A stretch of DNA of 63,995 nucleotides, counting the filler, from Diploschistes diacapsis (taxonomy: Eukaryota), in NCBI GenBank assembly GCA_023645945.1. It is 5 parts of 5 records of this genome, joined end to end, with 100 filler letters (N's around TTAATTAATTAA, not from the genome) between each part and the next. Parts side by side here need not be neighbours in the genome. Positions count along the whole stretch, not along the records: positions 26,237 to 39,200 come from JALAIB010000699.1; positions 39,301 to 52,258 come from JALAIB010000700.1; 3 more parts are not named here. The stretch is one strand, 5' to 3'. Each line of letters begins with the position of its first letter. Position 1 is the stretch's first letter. The notes under the pieces are model-generated. The model was given only the letters and a program-made list of their open reading frames with translations. It had not been told where the DNA came from and searched no databases. Position numbers and translations under genes: made by a program. Positions 26,237 to 39,364 of the stretch are shown here, in pieces.

Positions 26237-27480
26237 TTTTTGTTTTGGGGGGGGGGGGGGATTCTAAATAGCCCAGCTGAACGGGTGCTGGAAAAAGGGT
26301 GGAGGACGAAGGACAAAGTAAATGAATGAACCACACGTTCTTTCAGGAATCACGATGCGGATTCGATATAAATCGGTCTTTGTATTGCATCGACGAAACT
26401 AGTCCAGCAGTATCTTCGGAAACGAACGCTGACACCAAAGAATGTTTCCTTCATATGTACCTTTCGCATCGATATTGTGAACCCCTCAAGTTTTGACGAC
26501 AAATGTCACTTGGGCGGGTGGAGCTAGGAGCAAACACCGCCAGGCCAGGCAAGCCGGGTTACATAAGGTGTATGAATGTGACGGAATTAGCGAGTGCTCG
26601 AAGGCAGCTTCGAATAGAAATGCAAATACAAATATAAGTGACTGGTCTTGGAGCTCGCTATGCGCAGAAGGACAGGCATAGGCAAACTTGATGGGAATAG
26701 ATAGCATATGAAACCTTGACTTGATTATATCGACGGACCCGCAACACTGAAATTGGATATGCATGTACGTAACTACAAAACATTCAGAAGTCGGAGAATT
26801 GTAGCGCAACACAAAGAGAAATGAGCTGTTCAAATCTGCACGACCAAGTAGAGCGCCTGCAACCAAGCCTTCTGGTTGAGATGCGTTTCGATCTTCTGAA
26901 GCGCTAGAGAGCACCAAAAGCACCGCGCTGAGGATAGCGAATAGCCTGATGGGCCAGTACTGGGCGATATCGGCTCGACGCGACTTGGATTCGTCTTAGG
27001 CATCGCTATCGCCTTTATGAGGAGCTTCTGTGTGTCAAAGGCATCGCTATCGAGGTAGGAACATATTCTAAGGGTTGGGAGATTGGATCAACGCGTCCAA
27101 CTCGTCGGACTGCCCATCGAGGTACCCAAGGCTGAGCGTATCTCATCTCAGGTGGGTGACCCGCAGAGTTTGTCAAACCATGGCCCTGCATGCTCCCGAC
27201 GGACCGTTAGGCCTCGAAGTGTGCTTTGGGCTTAGCATCTGGCGATTGATGTCGATGTGGAAAAGCTAACACGAAGACGAAGGATGTAGATTCTCTATAC
27301 GAGGCCAAAGCTCGTTGGCTGATGTGCTTCCATCCACGGTGTAGGTGTAGGAGTAGGTGTAGATGTAGATGTAGTAGACTAGTAGATGTTCAACTTCAAC
27401 TAGAAGTTCAAACTTAACGCTATACTACATCTGTCCTAGCGTAGTCCGACGACGTCGCACTCCACTTGAAGTTCATCGAA

Positions 27481-27525
27481 AATCTTCAATATCAATCTTC
27501 AATCTTCAATCTTCAATCTTCAATT
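27481..27525. repeat. (AATCTTC)n short tandem repeat; GTAGRT hexamer run at about 27340-27386
   Basis: About six heptamer units read directly. Confidence 0.8.
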
Positions 27526-28489
27526 GTTATCTTGTCTGGTGATCAAATGAGGTACCGAAAGTTTTTCTTGAAGCGCAGTGGCTTTCTTGAGAGAAGAAAC
27601 AACCTCAGCTCTTATCACCGAGCGCGAGTTCCTGAGCCGCATTCAAAGGTGTAGAGGTTCAAAGCTCTCGTATTTGCCCGGTTTATTGGATCCGGATCAG
27701 AGATCCGCACTCTGTCGGTTTGCGTTGCTGCATACCGATGCCGCCTCTCTAGAATGGCATGAGCCACGTGAAGCTTGAAGTCTTCCATGCTGTTGCGCTG
27801 CATCTGCACGGTAACCTGAATGGTGGTTGTGTAAGGGATTGTGGTATGGAGGTGTGTCTCGCTACTTGCCCCGGCAGCAGCGAAGTAGTCCGAGTCGATC
27901 TCTGTACTCCACGCACCCATGACCAGCTATTCACCATCTCAACCACATCTACAGATTGCCGCTCATAACTGGTTCCCTAATCCACTCGACAGCCCCTAGC
28001 CCTTACCATTCTCGGGATGGACATCGACAGCATGCCAGGGACGTCCATCTTTGATTTGAACGAGGTTTAGGATTCCCCTGCCTGGTTCAATGCGGGAGTC
28101 CTGCCCGTATGATATGGCCAGCCTCTGGGAGTTCTTGATAAATGGTGGTGCTTGGGTGTATCGTTTGGGTACGGTCTTGGTAGACGTCCTTCCTCAATCG
28201 TCGGTGACCAACTAGGATGGGGAGCTATCAGTGGCTATACACACAACATTGAAACCACTACTATTCAGAGCATGACTGCCAAAGCGTAAGCAAAGTCATT
28301 GCATTTCCGATAACATAGTAGGCAGGAACCGCCGGATAGACTCTGCGGCATGCATATTCCTTGCTAGGAACTGGGCTCTAAGCCTGTTCCAGTAGGAATA
28401 GATCCATCTCATACAGCGTCCGCGCAACAAGATGTGGTCAGGGACATTGATCTAGATAAACGTCTCCCTAACAATCACATACGCTATGT

Positions 28490-28533
28490 TCTTTTTCTTT
28501 CTTTCTTTCTTCTTCTTCTTCTTCTTCTTCTTT
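28490..28533. repeat. (TTC)n/CT-rich microsatellite upstream of the RRM gene
   Basis: ttcttcttc run read directly. Confidence 0.85.
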
Positions 28534-29511
28534 GGCACCTTCAATCTCAAGGAAAGTTCTGCCCGCAATAGAGTTGCAAGCGACAAGCGTTCTTGCCTTC
28601 AAGGTCTGCTTTCGACCATCGTTTGCCGCGACTTCCTACACTACAAGGAGGCGTTGTTGACACCCCGTCATAAGCTGGCAAGAACCAAATGCTTGCTCTC
28701 TCAAGCCTTTAAAGCCTCGTTGCTTGCTGGAATGTTTCTTTATTCTGTACTCAACATTCTCTTCTCACCTTTCCTGACTGCATTTTTGCAACTCTCAACT
28801 ACTTGCAATTGCTTCTCTTCTTACTCATTCTCCGTACCATAACAGGTGCTCCTTATCATCATAGTCTTGCTCTGGACCTTACGCTCAACAGTAAGTTAGG
28901 AGTCCCGTCTCGTCTTTACATTAAACCTTTTGTTGACTTCAGTTGATCCTCGTTTCCACTGTCTCTTACTGACAAGCACAGACCCGTAGCTCTCTTTCCC
29001 TCTGCAACCCTTGATCGCCCTGACACTTGGTTAAGCCAGTGTGTTCTTCACGACACCCTCAGATTTGTTCGTCTAACGTAGGAAAACAGCGCCTTCTGTT
29101 AGGAAAAGTGCAAGGGAGAGTCTTAGTGAGTCTATCTGGCCCGTCTCCACCCCGGCTTAAGGCATTCCTACTCTATGAACACTAGGAAGGATCACTTTTG
29201 TTACCTTTATACACCGTTTCCGGTAGTCACAACAACGATCACCTGTACTTTGGTGCCGGGTACCAATAGGGAGTGCCGTTTTGAGTGTCCGTCGGATGAC
29301 ACCGGCTCTTCCTTGTTTACTGGGGCTTATGAACTTCATCCGAGGACAACATATCCCGACCGTCACGCCCCTCTATCACTCTCGAAACATGACGTTTCGC
29401 ACGGCCATGTTCTCACATTCGATAAGCACTAACTGGGCTTCACCAGATTCTTCCCCAGAAGGATTTCAGACTGTCCAAACCGCTTCCCCACCGAACAAAC
29501 ACCCAGCTCCT

Positions 29512-31794
29512 ATGGCATACTCTGGGAACCTCTATAATCCGACTGCCGGTGGACAATCTCCTTGGTGGACAAACGGGGGTACTTATGTCCAGCAGAAAGG
29601 TCTGAGAAACTCCGAGAATATTTTGATCTTTGCAAGGCTAATGACCTTACAGACGAGCCACAGCAGGCTTACAATGGGATGAGTGTCTACAATCCTGGAT
29701 CAAATAGTGCTGGTATTGTAAGCACCAATGACGGTCTTGCTCAAGCATTCAACAACCTCAGCATATACAATGCCGGTCCGGGTCATATCGGCAAGCCAAA
29801 CAGTGGTGCTGCAGTTCCATTTCCTGGAAATGGTCCACGCTTGAACAACCCTACCTACTACAGTCTCGGCGATGGCCGTGTCTTCTTCTCAGGAAGTTCC
29901 AATGGGCAAGGCATTTTTCAGCGTGGCGGCACTTCATTTGGCGTCCACCAACAGTCCCCGTACGCCCAGCAGCCAATCCCGCAAAATGGTAGCACCCAGC
30001 AAGGCACCGTTCAAGGCGCTATCTGGAATGGTGGGCAACAGGCACAGCCAGTCGAAGTCCCCGATTTAGCTGCACCCCGTCGGACTTCATTGTCTTCCAA
30101 TGAGGAGAATGGGCCCCAGACTCCTTTCTTCGGTGCCCATACAGCAGGCTTTTATTCAAAGATTACGGTTCCAGACAATTCGCCTCAGACTTGGACAACG
30201 CCATCCCCCCAGCAACTGGGGCACTCGGTAGCTATACAGGCTCAACCGCTTTGGAGGGATTCCGAACAGAAACAATACATCATCAAGGACCTCGATGCCA
30301 TCTGCTCGGAAGAGCCCGCGATTCCTCGTCCCATTCCCGCAATCTTCAGCGATGACAAGGCCCGCGGTACGTTGGAGACCAGCCTGGAGAACAAGATTCA
30401 CACCACCAATGTGTACATCCGTGGTCTTCATCCAAACACCACTGATGAAATGTTGGTGGCCTATGGAGCTCGATTCGGTCTGATCTCGAGTGCCAAATCA
30501 ATGATTGACCAACAAAATGGCTTGTGCAAAGGGTTGGTAATCCAAGGACATTAACGCGGAGACTGTGCGCTGATCCTCATTGAAGGTTTGGCTTCATCAA
30601 GTACCACAACTACGCCGATGGTGAGAATTGTATTCGCGGATTCTTTCACTGGGGCTACGAAGCGAAGTGGGCTAGAGTGAGCAGTGCGGTAAAGAAAAAC
30701 AGACCGACCTAATGTTAACCCTGCTCATAGGACTCAAACAACGAGAAGTTGAAGAAGCTTAGTGATGAAGATAACACTAACCTCTACATTTCCAATCTTC
30801 CCACGGAACACGACTTCAACGAGCACGTTGGTGAAGAACTAGCAAGTAGCCTAAGCACAACGCTAATTCTATTGTAGATGCTGATGGCCATCTTCACTGA
30901 TTATGAGTGTCTCTCAGCCAAGATTCTTCGTGATCTCAACGGACTCAGTCGTGGTGTAGGCTTCGCCAGGTAAAGTCCATCTACCAAAGCTGCGGTTTTA
31001 CCACTAACAGCTAAGATTTGCTTCGCCTGAGATTTGCAAAGCCATTATCCAGCAATATAACGGTAAATGTGTCGGCGAACAAGGGTTGCCCATCAGTATT
31101 CGATTCGCAGACACACCCGAACAGAAGCGTTTAAAGACTCTTACCCAGGAGCGCCGGCAATACAAGACTCACGAGTATAATGTTGCTGCTTTCGGTCCTG
31201 GCTCTCCTTATGCGCAGTATTCTTCTGTGCTCAGCACCATGAGCAGCCCGTTGCAATCGCGTTCCCCGATCATCAGTGCGCCTGTCAGCCAGTTGACCTA
31301 CGGGTAGGTCTAGGATGATTCGGAATCTACGATTGCTGCTGACCTCGCAAAGCTATCCTTATGGGACAACCTCTAGCGTATCACCCGTAGGCTTGATGTC
31401 TTCGGCACCGCCTGCTGTCAAGGTCAGTGGTGCCGAAAATACGCCACTTTCTCTCCGCTCCCAAGTATACTCTGGGCTTGGAAGTGCCGCCAATGTTTAT
31501 GCCAAATTCGAGCCACAGGTCAAGGTGGAAGCTTCAACGGAGAAAGTCGAAGCCGAGACGGATCATCCAGTTAGGCTAGAGGTGTCCGTTGAGAGCGATG
31601 GGACGTCTGTACTCAGCAAGCGCAACCCCAACGTGCCCAGCCCCGTTAAGATCAAGAAAGACTACGCAATCAAGGCTAACGGAAATGCCGGACGCGACGC
31701 CGAAAACATATCTCTCACTGGCTCCTCTGATTCATCCCCCACTAAGAACACTCCATGCAAGGGACCGAAAGTTTCTTATACTGCTAGGGCTTAA
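29512..31794 (+). CDS. Two-RRM RNA-binding protein (MSSP/RBMS family, Spo5/Rim4-like); multi-exon; start may be 29389
   Basis: RNP2 TNVYIRGL, RNP1 KG/FGFIKY, second RRM TNLYISNLP and SRGVGFARF, then IRFADTPEQKRLK. N/Q/G-rich N-terminus. Intron 29600-29652 joins the frames. Confidence 0.85.
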
Positions 31795-32342
31795 GACAAG
31801 CGCAGATCAACGTGTTGTCAACGTTCATCGAAGAACCCGTCTCATTGCACGACCCGCTCGTCTCTGTTCAAAGTTAGGCATTCGACGACTCTCCAACGGT
31901 CATCCCACGTAAAGATTTGCAGACCTAATGCTACATTTAGCGACTTGCCCCAACTGACATTTTCGAGCATTATCAACGGTCATGGAGCACGCGATTTACC
32001 ACGGTCAGTGTTAGGTAGTATGGACTATCTTGGCTCAGCTAAGTTCGCATGTCTACTGCCAGGTGGTTGACTTTTTGGGCAATCTAGCATTATCCAAGCG
32101 GTGGAATAATTCTAGGGTGACTGGAAGGCTACTTTGAGTCTAGCCAGGAACATACGCGGCGAACTACCCTTGGCCGATTCATTTCTGGCGAGTTGTTAGA
32201 GAGCAGTTGCTAGACAATATAAAGCTTGCGTGTGATTATTAGAAAGTGCCCTGCAGTGTATTCGTAGAAGCTCGAGATAAAGCCTACGACAAAAGTCTTT
32301 TACGACTTTCATCTCTGTCTGGACTTTGAGGTACCTAACCAG

Positions 32343-33838
32343 TCATTCGTCGCCCACGCCTTCTTCTAGTCCACCGCCATCTTCATCTTCTTCAGCGTCC
32401 TGATCCTTTTCGGCTTCACGGTCCCCGCCTACCTGGGTGATGTACGACTCGAGCTCCTTCGCCATCTTCTTCGAGAACCCAGACGCCTCGGCCTCCACAT
32501 CCAGCCGCTTCGCCCCGTCCTTGCCCACCGTCCGTAGCGCATCCTCGAAAAAGGGGCCCGGCTCGTCGCTCGTGAAGCCGAACCGACGAGAAAAATACCG
32601 CTTGACGCAGTTGACGTCTCGCTCGAAGTACGACTTTGCGTCCGGGTGCGACATGGAGACCATTTGCGGGAAGTCGATTATGATGGGAGTTAGTTTTATT
32701 GTTGTTGCTTTTGTTGCTTTTGCTGCTGCTGCTGCTGCTGCTACTATGGGTGCGGATGTCGGTGTGACTGCGATTGGGGTTGTATCTGGCCCTGCTTCTT
32801 CGCTTTCGTGTGGTGGTAGGGTACTGGCTGTGGGGGTATCTGGGCTGTAGGGCTCTTGCTCCACTTCATTTATCATATTCTCTGACCGCTCTTGAGCTGA
32901 CTCGACGACCTCCGACCGCCCTTTCTCTGCGCCGAACACATCCCGCCCTTCCTCCCCCCAAACCTGATCCTCCTCGATCAAAATATTAAACTCGTTGAAA
33001 TCCCCATGGATCAACCCCCACTTCGCCAATCTCAATATCAACTCCATCAGCTCCCCGTACAGCCCCGCCGGATCCGGCACGCTGGCGATCTGCCGCAGCG
33101 GAAAACCCTCGATGAGCTGCATGACGAGCGTGTGCCGGTTGTGGGCGATGGGCTGCGGGACGGGGAAGCCGGAGGCGTGGAGCACAGAGAGGAAAGTCCA
33201 TTCTTTGAGAGCGGCGAGGCGCGAGAGGTGCAGCCAGGTGGCGGATTGCTGGGGTGATTTTTTGTGCAGATAGTCCCTGTTCGTCCGGATGCTGCGGAAG
33301 GAGATGCGGCCAAGGCGGTGGAGTTTTAGCGCGTATTGAGTTTCTTTCGGTTCGTTGATATTGGGGTCGATGAGCGTGCCGGGACGGGAGGGTGCTTTTG
33401 TGGAAGAGGAGGAGATAGACGAAAGCGGCGGTGGTGCAACGGCCACGATATCGCTCTCCTTGCCCGTGCCGATCTGGTTGCCAACGCTGTAGACGACGTT
33501 GCCCTTGCTGTGCGCGTGCAAGGCCAGGTGGTCGAGCCCGCCGTACGTGAGGCGGAAGCCCTCGTAGTTGGCGCCGCGCACGGTACTCACGAGCCCGGCT
33601 TTGGAGAGCGACCAGAGGGATTTCTGCACGTGCGAGAGCGAGCGCAGCTTGCTGAGCTTGAGGATTAGAGGCGTTGGGACGCTGAGGTGCGTTTTGGAGC
33701 CGAGCTCGACCTTGGGGGGATTGTTAGCTGGATGGGGAAACATGTGGGGGAAGGGAAAGGTAGGAGAACCCTTACCGCGGTGAGAACGCGCCAGTCGTCA
33801 GCGGTGAGGTAACGGAGGTGTTTTGTATCGAGCTTCAT
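32343..33838 (-). CDS. RIO2: Atypical Ser/Thr kinase Rio2 (one intron 33775-33711)
   Basis: MKLDTKHLRYLTADDWRVLTA/VELGSK, GFRLTYGGLD, GKESDI, LHRLGRISF, IHGDFNEFN, IDFPQMVS. Confidence 0.97.
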
Positions 33839-34221
33839 CTTGGTCCCTAATTCTTCTTGGAAGGTTGTAGGAAAGCTCTGAGAATACTGTTTTTGTAGTG
33901 GTGCACATTTTTGTGATACATGTGCGGAATTGAAATGCGGAGCGGCGAATTTTCGGTGGGCTTGCCGGTGCCAAGAAATACCAGTTTGTCATGAGAGCGC
34001 CCGAGGCCGGGACGTTTTTTCGTTGACGCGCTTGACACCTTTCCCATATCTCACGAGTAGCTTCGACAGACGAGATCTACGGTCTAGCCTGGCGTAGTCA
34101 ACATAGCCGTCAGAGGAGCTCAGACCATCTCGCTCATTACCTTCCGTCCCGATTGCGGCCCATTCTGGTTTACCCAAGGCGAAAAGAACCTCCATCCTAA
34201 CTAGCAGCTAGCGCCATCAAA

Positions 34222-37200
34222 ATGGCGAAAGACAAACCACAGGAGGCGAAGAAGGACAATGATGGTAGGTCTATCAGAGATCGTGCGGACACCAAAGACT
34301 CAGAGCTCCCAGAACGTTCCGGCAAGATGGCAAACGAAAAGGGTGGTCCAACGGTGGAGGAGAAAGGCAAAGGCAAGGCGGTCGATAAGTCTACCGATGG
34401 CGACAAAAAGTCAACCGAGGTCAAGAAGGACAAGGATGGTGCAGACGCCAAAGATATGGAGCACCCAGAAGGTTGGTGGAAGAGAGCATCCTGCGATTCT
34501 TGTGGATGTTGATTGAATATTTTTCAGAGGAGCTTAGCGAAGAAGATCAACAGCTTAAGTCGGACCTTGAAATGATGGTCGAGCGTTTGAAGGTGGGCTT
34601 CCTTCTTCTCGGCCAGCCCGAGCCTGGGATGCTGATGCGTTGGAAAGGAATCTGACACAAGTCTCTATAAACCGACACTGGAGCACATCAAGACGTCTAT
34701 CAAAACATCGACGTCGTCTATGACTGCTGTTCCTAAGCCTCTCAAGTTTCTACGGCCACATTACGAAGAATTGACTAAGCTGTACGAAGAATGGCCAGTG
34801 GGTGCGGATAAGGTGAGTTCATTGGCATATAGAAGGAATGTCAGCTTATATCTTGGAGGACTCATTGGCAGATGTGCTGTCGGTTCTTGGCATGACACAT
34901 GGCGACGAGGAGAAACTCGAGACACTCAAATACCGGCTCCTTGCACCATCAGGCGACCTTGGATCTTGGGGGCACGAATACATTCGGCATCTGGCACTCG
35001 AGCTTGGTCAAGACTACCAGCGTCGCATGACCGAGGATCTTGAGGCAGACGAGCTAGTGGACCTGGCAAAGACGCTTGTGCCATACTTTCTGAGCCACAA
35101 CGCGGAAGCAGATGCTGTTGACCTATTAAGTGAGCTGGAGCGAATCCAAGATATTCCGCTATATCTGGACAAGAACACCTATCAGAGAGTATGCCTATAC
35201 ATGGTATCCATGGTGAACCTTCTGCCTTATCCAGAAGATCAGCAATTTATACGTACCGCACACGATATCTACATGCAGTACAAACAGCTTCCTCGGGCGA
35301 TGACCCTCGCCATCCGTTTGAATGACATAGATATGATTCACCAGGACTTTGATTCGACAGAGGACTTGGTACTGAAAAAGCAAATGGCCTTTCAAATAGC
35401 CAGACAGCAGTTGTGGCTTGAACCGTCATCAGAGACCGACGAGGAGCAGGTTCTTGCGGAGTGTATGAGCAACTCGAAACTTTCGGATCACTTCAAGACC
35501 ATGGGGAAGGAATTGAACGTTCTAGACCCCAAAGTACCAGAGGACATATACAAGACCCATCTCGAAAGTAGTAGAACGGCTGGTCTAACTAACCTCGATA
35601 CTTCTGCAAGACACAACCTTGCCAGCGCCTTCGTTAATGCTTTTGTCAACGCCGGTTTTGGTGATGACAAGTTGATGCTTACAGAAGGCGAGAACACCAA
35701 CTGGATCTGGAAGACTAAGGAAGATGGTATGCTCTCGACAACTGCATCTCTTGGTATGCTCATGCAATGGGACGTCGACGGTGGTTTGGACAAGATTGAC
35801 AGGTATCAGTATGCGTCTGAGGATGAGGTTAAAGCAGGAGCTATGCTCGCTGTGGGAATCCTCAACTCTGGCGTGAGGAACGATGCTGACCCAGCATTGG
35901 CGCTGCTGAGTGACACCAGTATCCTTGAGAGCCCGAAAGTGCCAATAAGGACGGCGGCTATCATGGGTTTGGGCCTCGCCTACGCGGGAACGAACAGAAG
36001 CGATCTTTTGGATCTTCTTCTTCCAATAGTCGAAGATAACTATCTGGATATGCAGCTTTCATCAATGGCTGCACTTGCTCTTGGTCTTATCTGCGTCGGA
36101 TCATCCAACGATAGAGTGAGCGAAGCCATCGTTCATCAGTTCTTCGATGAGGATCGGCAAAAGCAGCTCAAAGACAAGTGGACCCGCTTTATGGCACTAG
36201 GTCTAGCCCTTCTGTTTTTCGGTCGCCAGGAACAAGTCGAGGTCATTCTAGAAACACTGAAAGCAATCGAACATCCAATGGCTCAACCAGCTGTTGTCCT
36301 TGTGGAAGTCTGCGCCTGGGCTGGGACGGGAGCAGTTCTAAAACTTCAAGAGCTTCTTCATATCTGCAATGACCATGTTGAGGACGATGATGACGCCCAG
36401 GGCACACAGCTCATACAGACTTACGCTGTTATCGGATTGGCCCTTATTTCCATGGGTGAAGAAGTCGGACAGGACATGGTGCTGCGGCAATTCGGTCACC
36501 TTATGCACTACGGTGAACCAAATATACGAAAAGCCGTCCCATTAGCGATGGGTCTTATTAGCCCCAGCAACCCGCAAATGAAGGTTTATGACACTCTATC
36601 AAGATACAGCCATGACAACGACAACGACGTGGCAATCAATGCTATTTTCGCCATGGGCTTGCTAGGTGCTGGTACGAACAATGCTCGATTAGCACAGCTT
36701 CTTCGGCAGTTGGCAAGCTATTATCATCGGGACCAGAACTCGCTATTCATGGTGCGGATAGCCCAAGGCCTCCTGCACATGGGCAAAGGTACTATGACTC
36801 TCAATCCCTTCCACACCGATCGCCAGGTTCTCTCACAGGTTGCTGCAGCCGGGCTGCTAACCGTCCTCATCTCTCTCATCGACGCTAAGGAATTCATCCT
36901 TGACAAGGCTCACTACCTACTATACTTTATCGTAACGGCCATGCACCCTCGCTTCCTGATCACACTTGACGAGGACCTGAAGCCACTGCAGGTCAATGTC
37001 CGGGTCGGCCAGGCGGTCGACGTCGTTGGCCAGGCTGGTCGGCCGAAGACCATTACTGGCTGGCAGACACAGAGCACGCCAGTATTGCTAGCCTTTGGTG
37101 AGAGGGCGGAGCTTGAAGACGAGCAGTATATAAGCTTGTCGAGTAGCTTGGAAGGCTTAGTGATATTGAGAAAGGTTGGTTTCCTATTCAAGTCTTCACC

Positions 37201-37249
37201 GCGTAACTAACAAGCGTCACAGAACCCCGATTGGGAGAGCTCGCAATGA
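34222..37249 (+). CDS. RPN1: 26S proteasome non-ATPase regulatory subunit Rpn1 (multi-exon)
   Basis: [38 protein letters not shown] repeats, [21 protein letters not shown]; final mini-exon NPDWESSQ. Confidence 0.97.
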
Positions 37250-38979
37250 TGAATTCCTAATTTCCTCCGCATTCACGTCTTCCTGCTACAAGAACCGGAC
37301 CTCTGGTGGCGCCGGCATCATGTGGGGTATTATAGAAGCGCATTGTGAAATAGCACAGATTCGTTTCTAATCCAAGAGCATAAACTTCAGTAGGCTTTGG
37401 TAGCCCGTATTGAGACCAAGGATCATCATCCATAGGCTTTTTGAATACGGGGATGTGAGTCGGCCAACTTACACAAGAACACTCGGAAGTCCTCTAAGAC
37501 CATTGCATGAGTATAGGTAATTCGTGTGATAGGCTAGAATGGTGGAGGACATCAAAAAATATTTCCAAAGGACTAGTATACAATCTTCAGGCATAGAATG
37601 CTACTGCAATCTGACTCCGTGAACTAGGTCCAATACTAAGTATATATCCTTGAGCTACTTTGGCGAAGGGACTTCTGCGTGAATCTCTTACTTTGTCCAC
37701 CAGCCCTGCAGGAAGTTTCCTACGCGGCGAGATGATAATCTTCTTTCCAAACTCTGTCTCTTTCTTCTCTATACATATGTGGAATTCATAGCTTTCGATC
37801 ACGAGTAGGCCATGTTGTGAGGTGATTTTTTTGACCTCGTGCACTACTCAGTATTATCCCCCCTCCTTCACTTCGTAACGGAGTACCTCTTCCCATGTTG
37901 CTAATTTGCGTTCTTATGGCAGAATGATGTTGAAAGGCTCAAACTTTGAGCAATTTCATTGTGGAGTTGATGTTACTTCTTCGTTCTTATTTACGCTATG
38001 ACTGAGCAAATCATAGCTATTCAACCGCTTAACACTGATGCTGGCAACGGAAATGAACTAACTTCAACTTCGAGGAGGAGATTCCTTCGGCCATAGCGTC
38101 TGGTTGAACGACACCTTTCAGGGGCTCTTAGCCGAGGAACCCGGCAAATGCCAGCTTAACACGAACATGTCCACTCCTTGTGAACTTGACGAGCGGAAGC
38201 CACTATATCATTACTATGATAACTAATGATATTGGCCACTATGAGAACTCGGCGCACCAAGGCGACCTGGAAAACTCAAATGGCATTCTGAACTATATTT
38301 TTGCCGACCGCTCACAGCGCGACGTCACGTAGGAAGTTACAGGTGACTTCCGCGGCGAGTGGTATGTCAATAAGAATCATGAGCCGCTCAATGAAGCTGC
38401 TGGTACGCAGAGCGCCAGGGTTGGCACTTGTAAGGTGCGCCCGGTACAGGTCAAGGGCAGGAGTTAAAGAGCCCCTTGTAAGGTCTGCAGTAGGTCGGAG
38501 CGGGTCCTTCGTCTTGTTCATTCAATTTGGAAGCGCCGGGAGGCTATGATATCCCTTTCAGCTTCCTCTCCGCGAACGCAACTGTGCCGGAACCCAGGAA
38601 GCGGAGGAAATATATGGAAAACTGGATTATGGCGGATGGAAATAAGGTTGGAGCAGTGTTGAGTAAAGAGTCCAGATCTTCGTCAACAGTAGTTAGCAAT
38701 GCAGAGAATACATCAAGAATCCAGGCTCTCAACCCTCGTTCCCCGTACCGCAGGGCATCGTCAACTACCACCCACAGCATTGCTGTTTCACTATGGGCAC
38801 TGAATGCTGGGGATGCTAAGATTGCCAATGTCGTCCCTATTGTGCAATGGGATATTCGGAGCCTAGTGTGGTCCGCTCTTCGGGGTATGAGACTCGAGAC
38901 GGGTGCCATTCACAGAAATACAGTATTATCGGACACGGAGTCAGCGCTTGTTATTCTGACCGAAATCTTTTGATTCTTA

Positions 38980-39200
38980 CAATAGCGTATTAAAGAAAGG
39001 TAATACTCCAACTTCATATAAAATTATTATATATTTATAAATATTTTATTTTCTTAATTACATTTATTATATTTTTTTATTAATTTAACATTCCTTTTTT
39101 TAATTTTTTTAATTATTTTTTTGATAATACATATTTAACGTTCGTAAAAATTCGTTTATTTAAAGATATTTTAAATTAGGCTGGCCGTTACTGACACTGA
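38980..39200. repeat. Extremely AT-rich RIP-like relic at contig end
   Basis: Abrupt switch to almost pure A/T sequence with TpA excess. Confidence 0.65.
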
Positions 39201-39300
39201 NNNNNNNNNNNNNNNNNNNNNNNNNNNNNNNNNNNNNNNNNNNNTTAATTAATTAANNNNNNNNNNNNNNNNNNNNNNNNNNNNNNNNNNNNNNNNNNNN
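39201..39300. other. Artificial contig linker
   Basis: N44-TTAATTAATTAA-N44. Confidence 0.99.
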
Positions 39301-39320
39301 TCCCACGCCCCAGGGGAAAT

Positions 39321-39322
<2 letters not shown>

Positions 39323-39359
<37 letters not shown>
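39323..39359. repeat. (AC)n microsatellite
   Basis: About 18 AC units. Confidence 0.95.

Positions 39360-39364
<5 letters not shown>

Noticed and set aside
33840..34221. Rpn4/PACE proteasome element upstream of RPN1 or RPT1
   Set aside because: No GGTGGCAAA match seen. A lone GGAGCT hexamer is too short to support a call.
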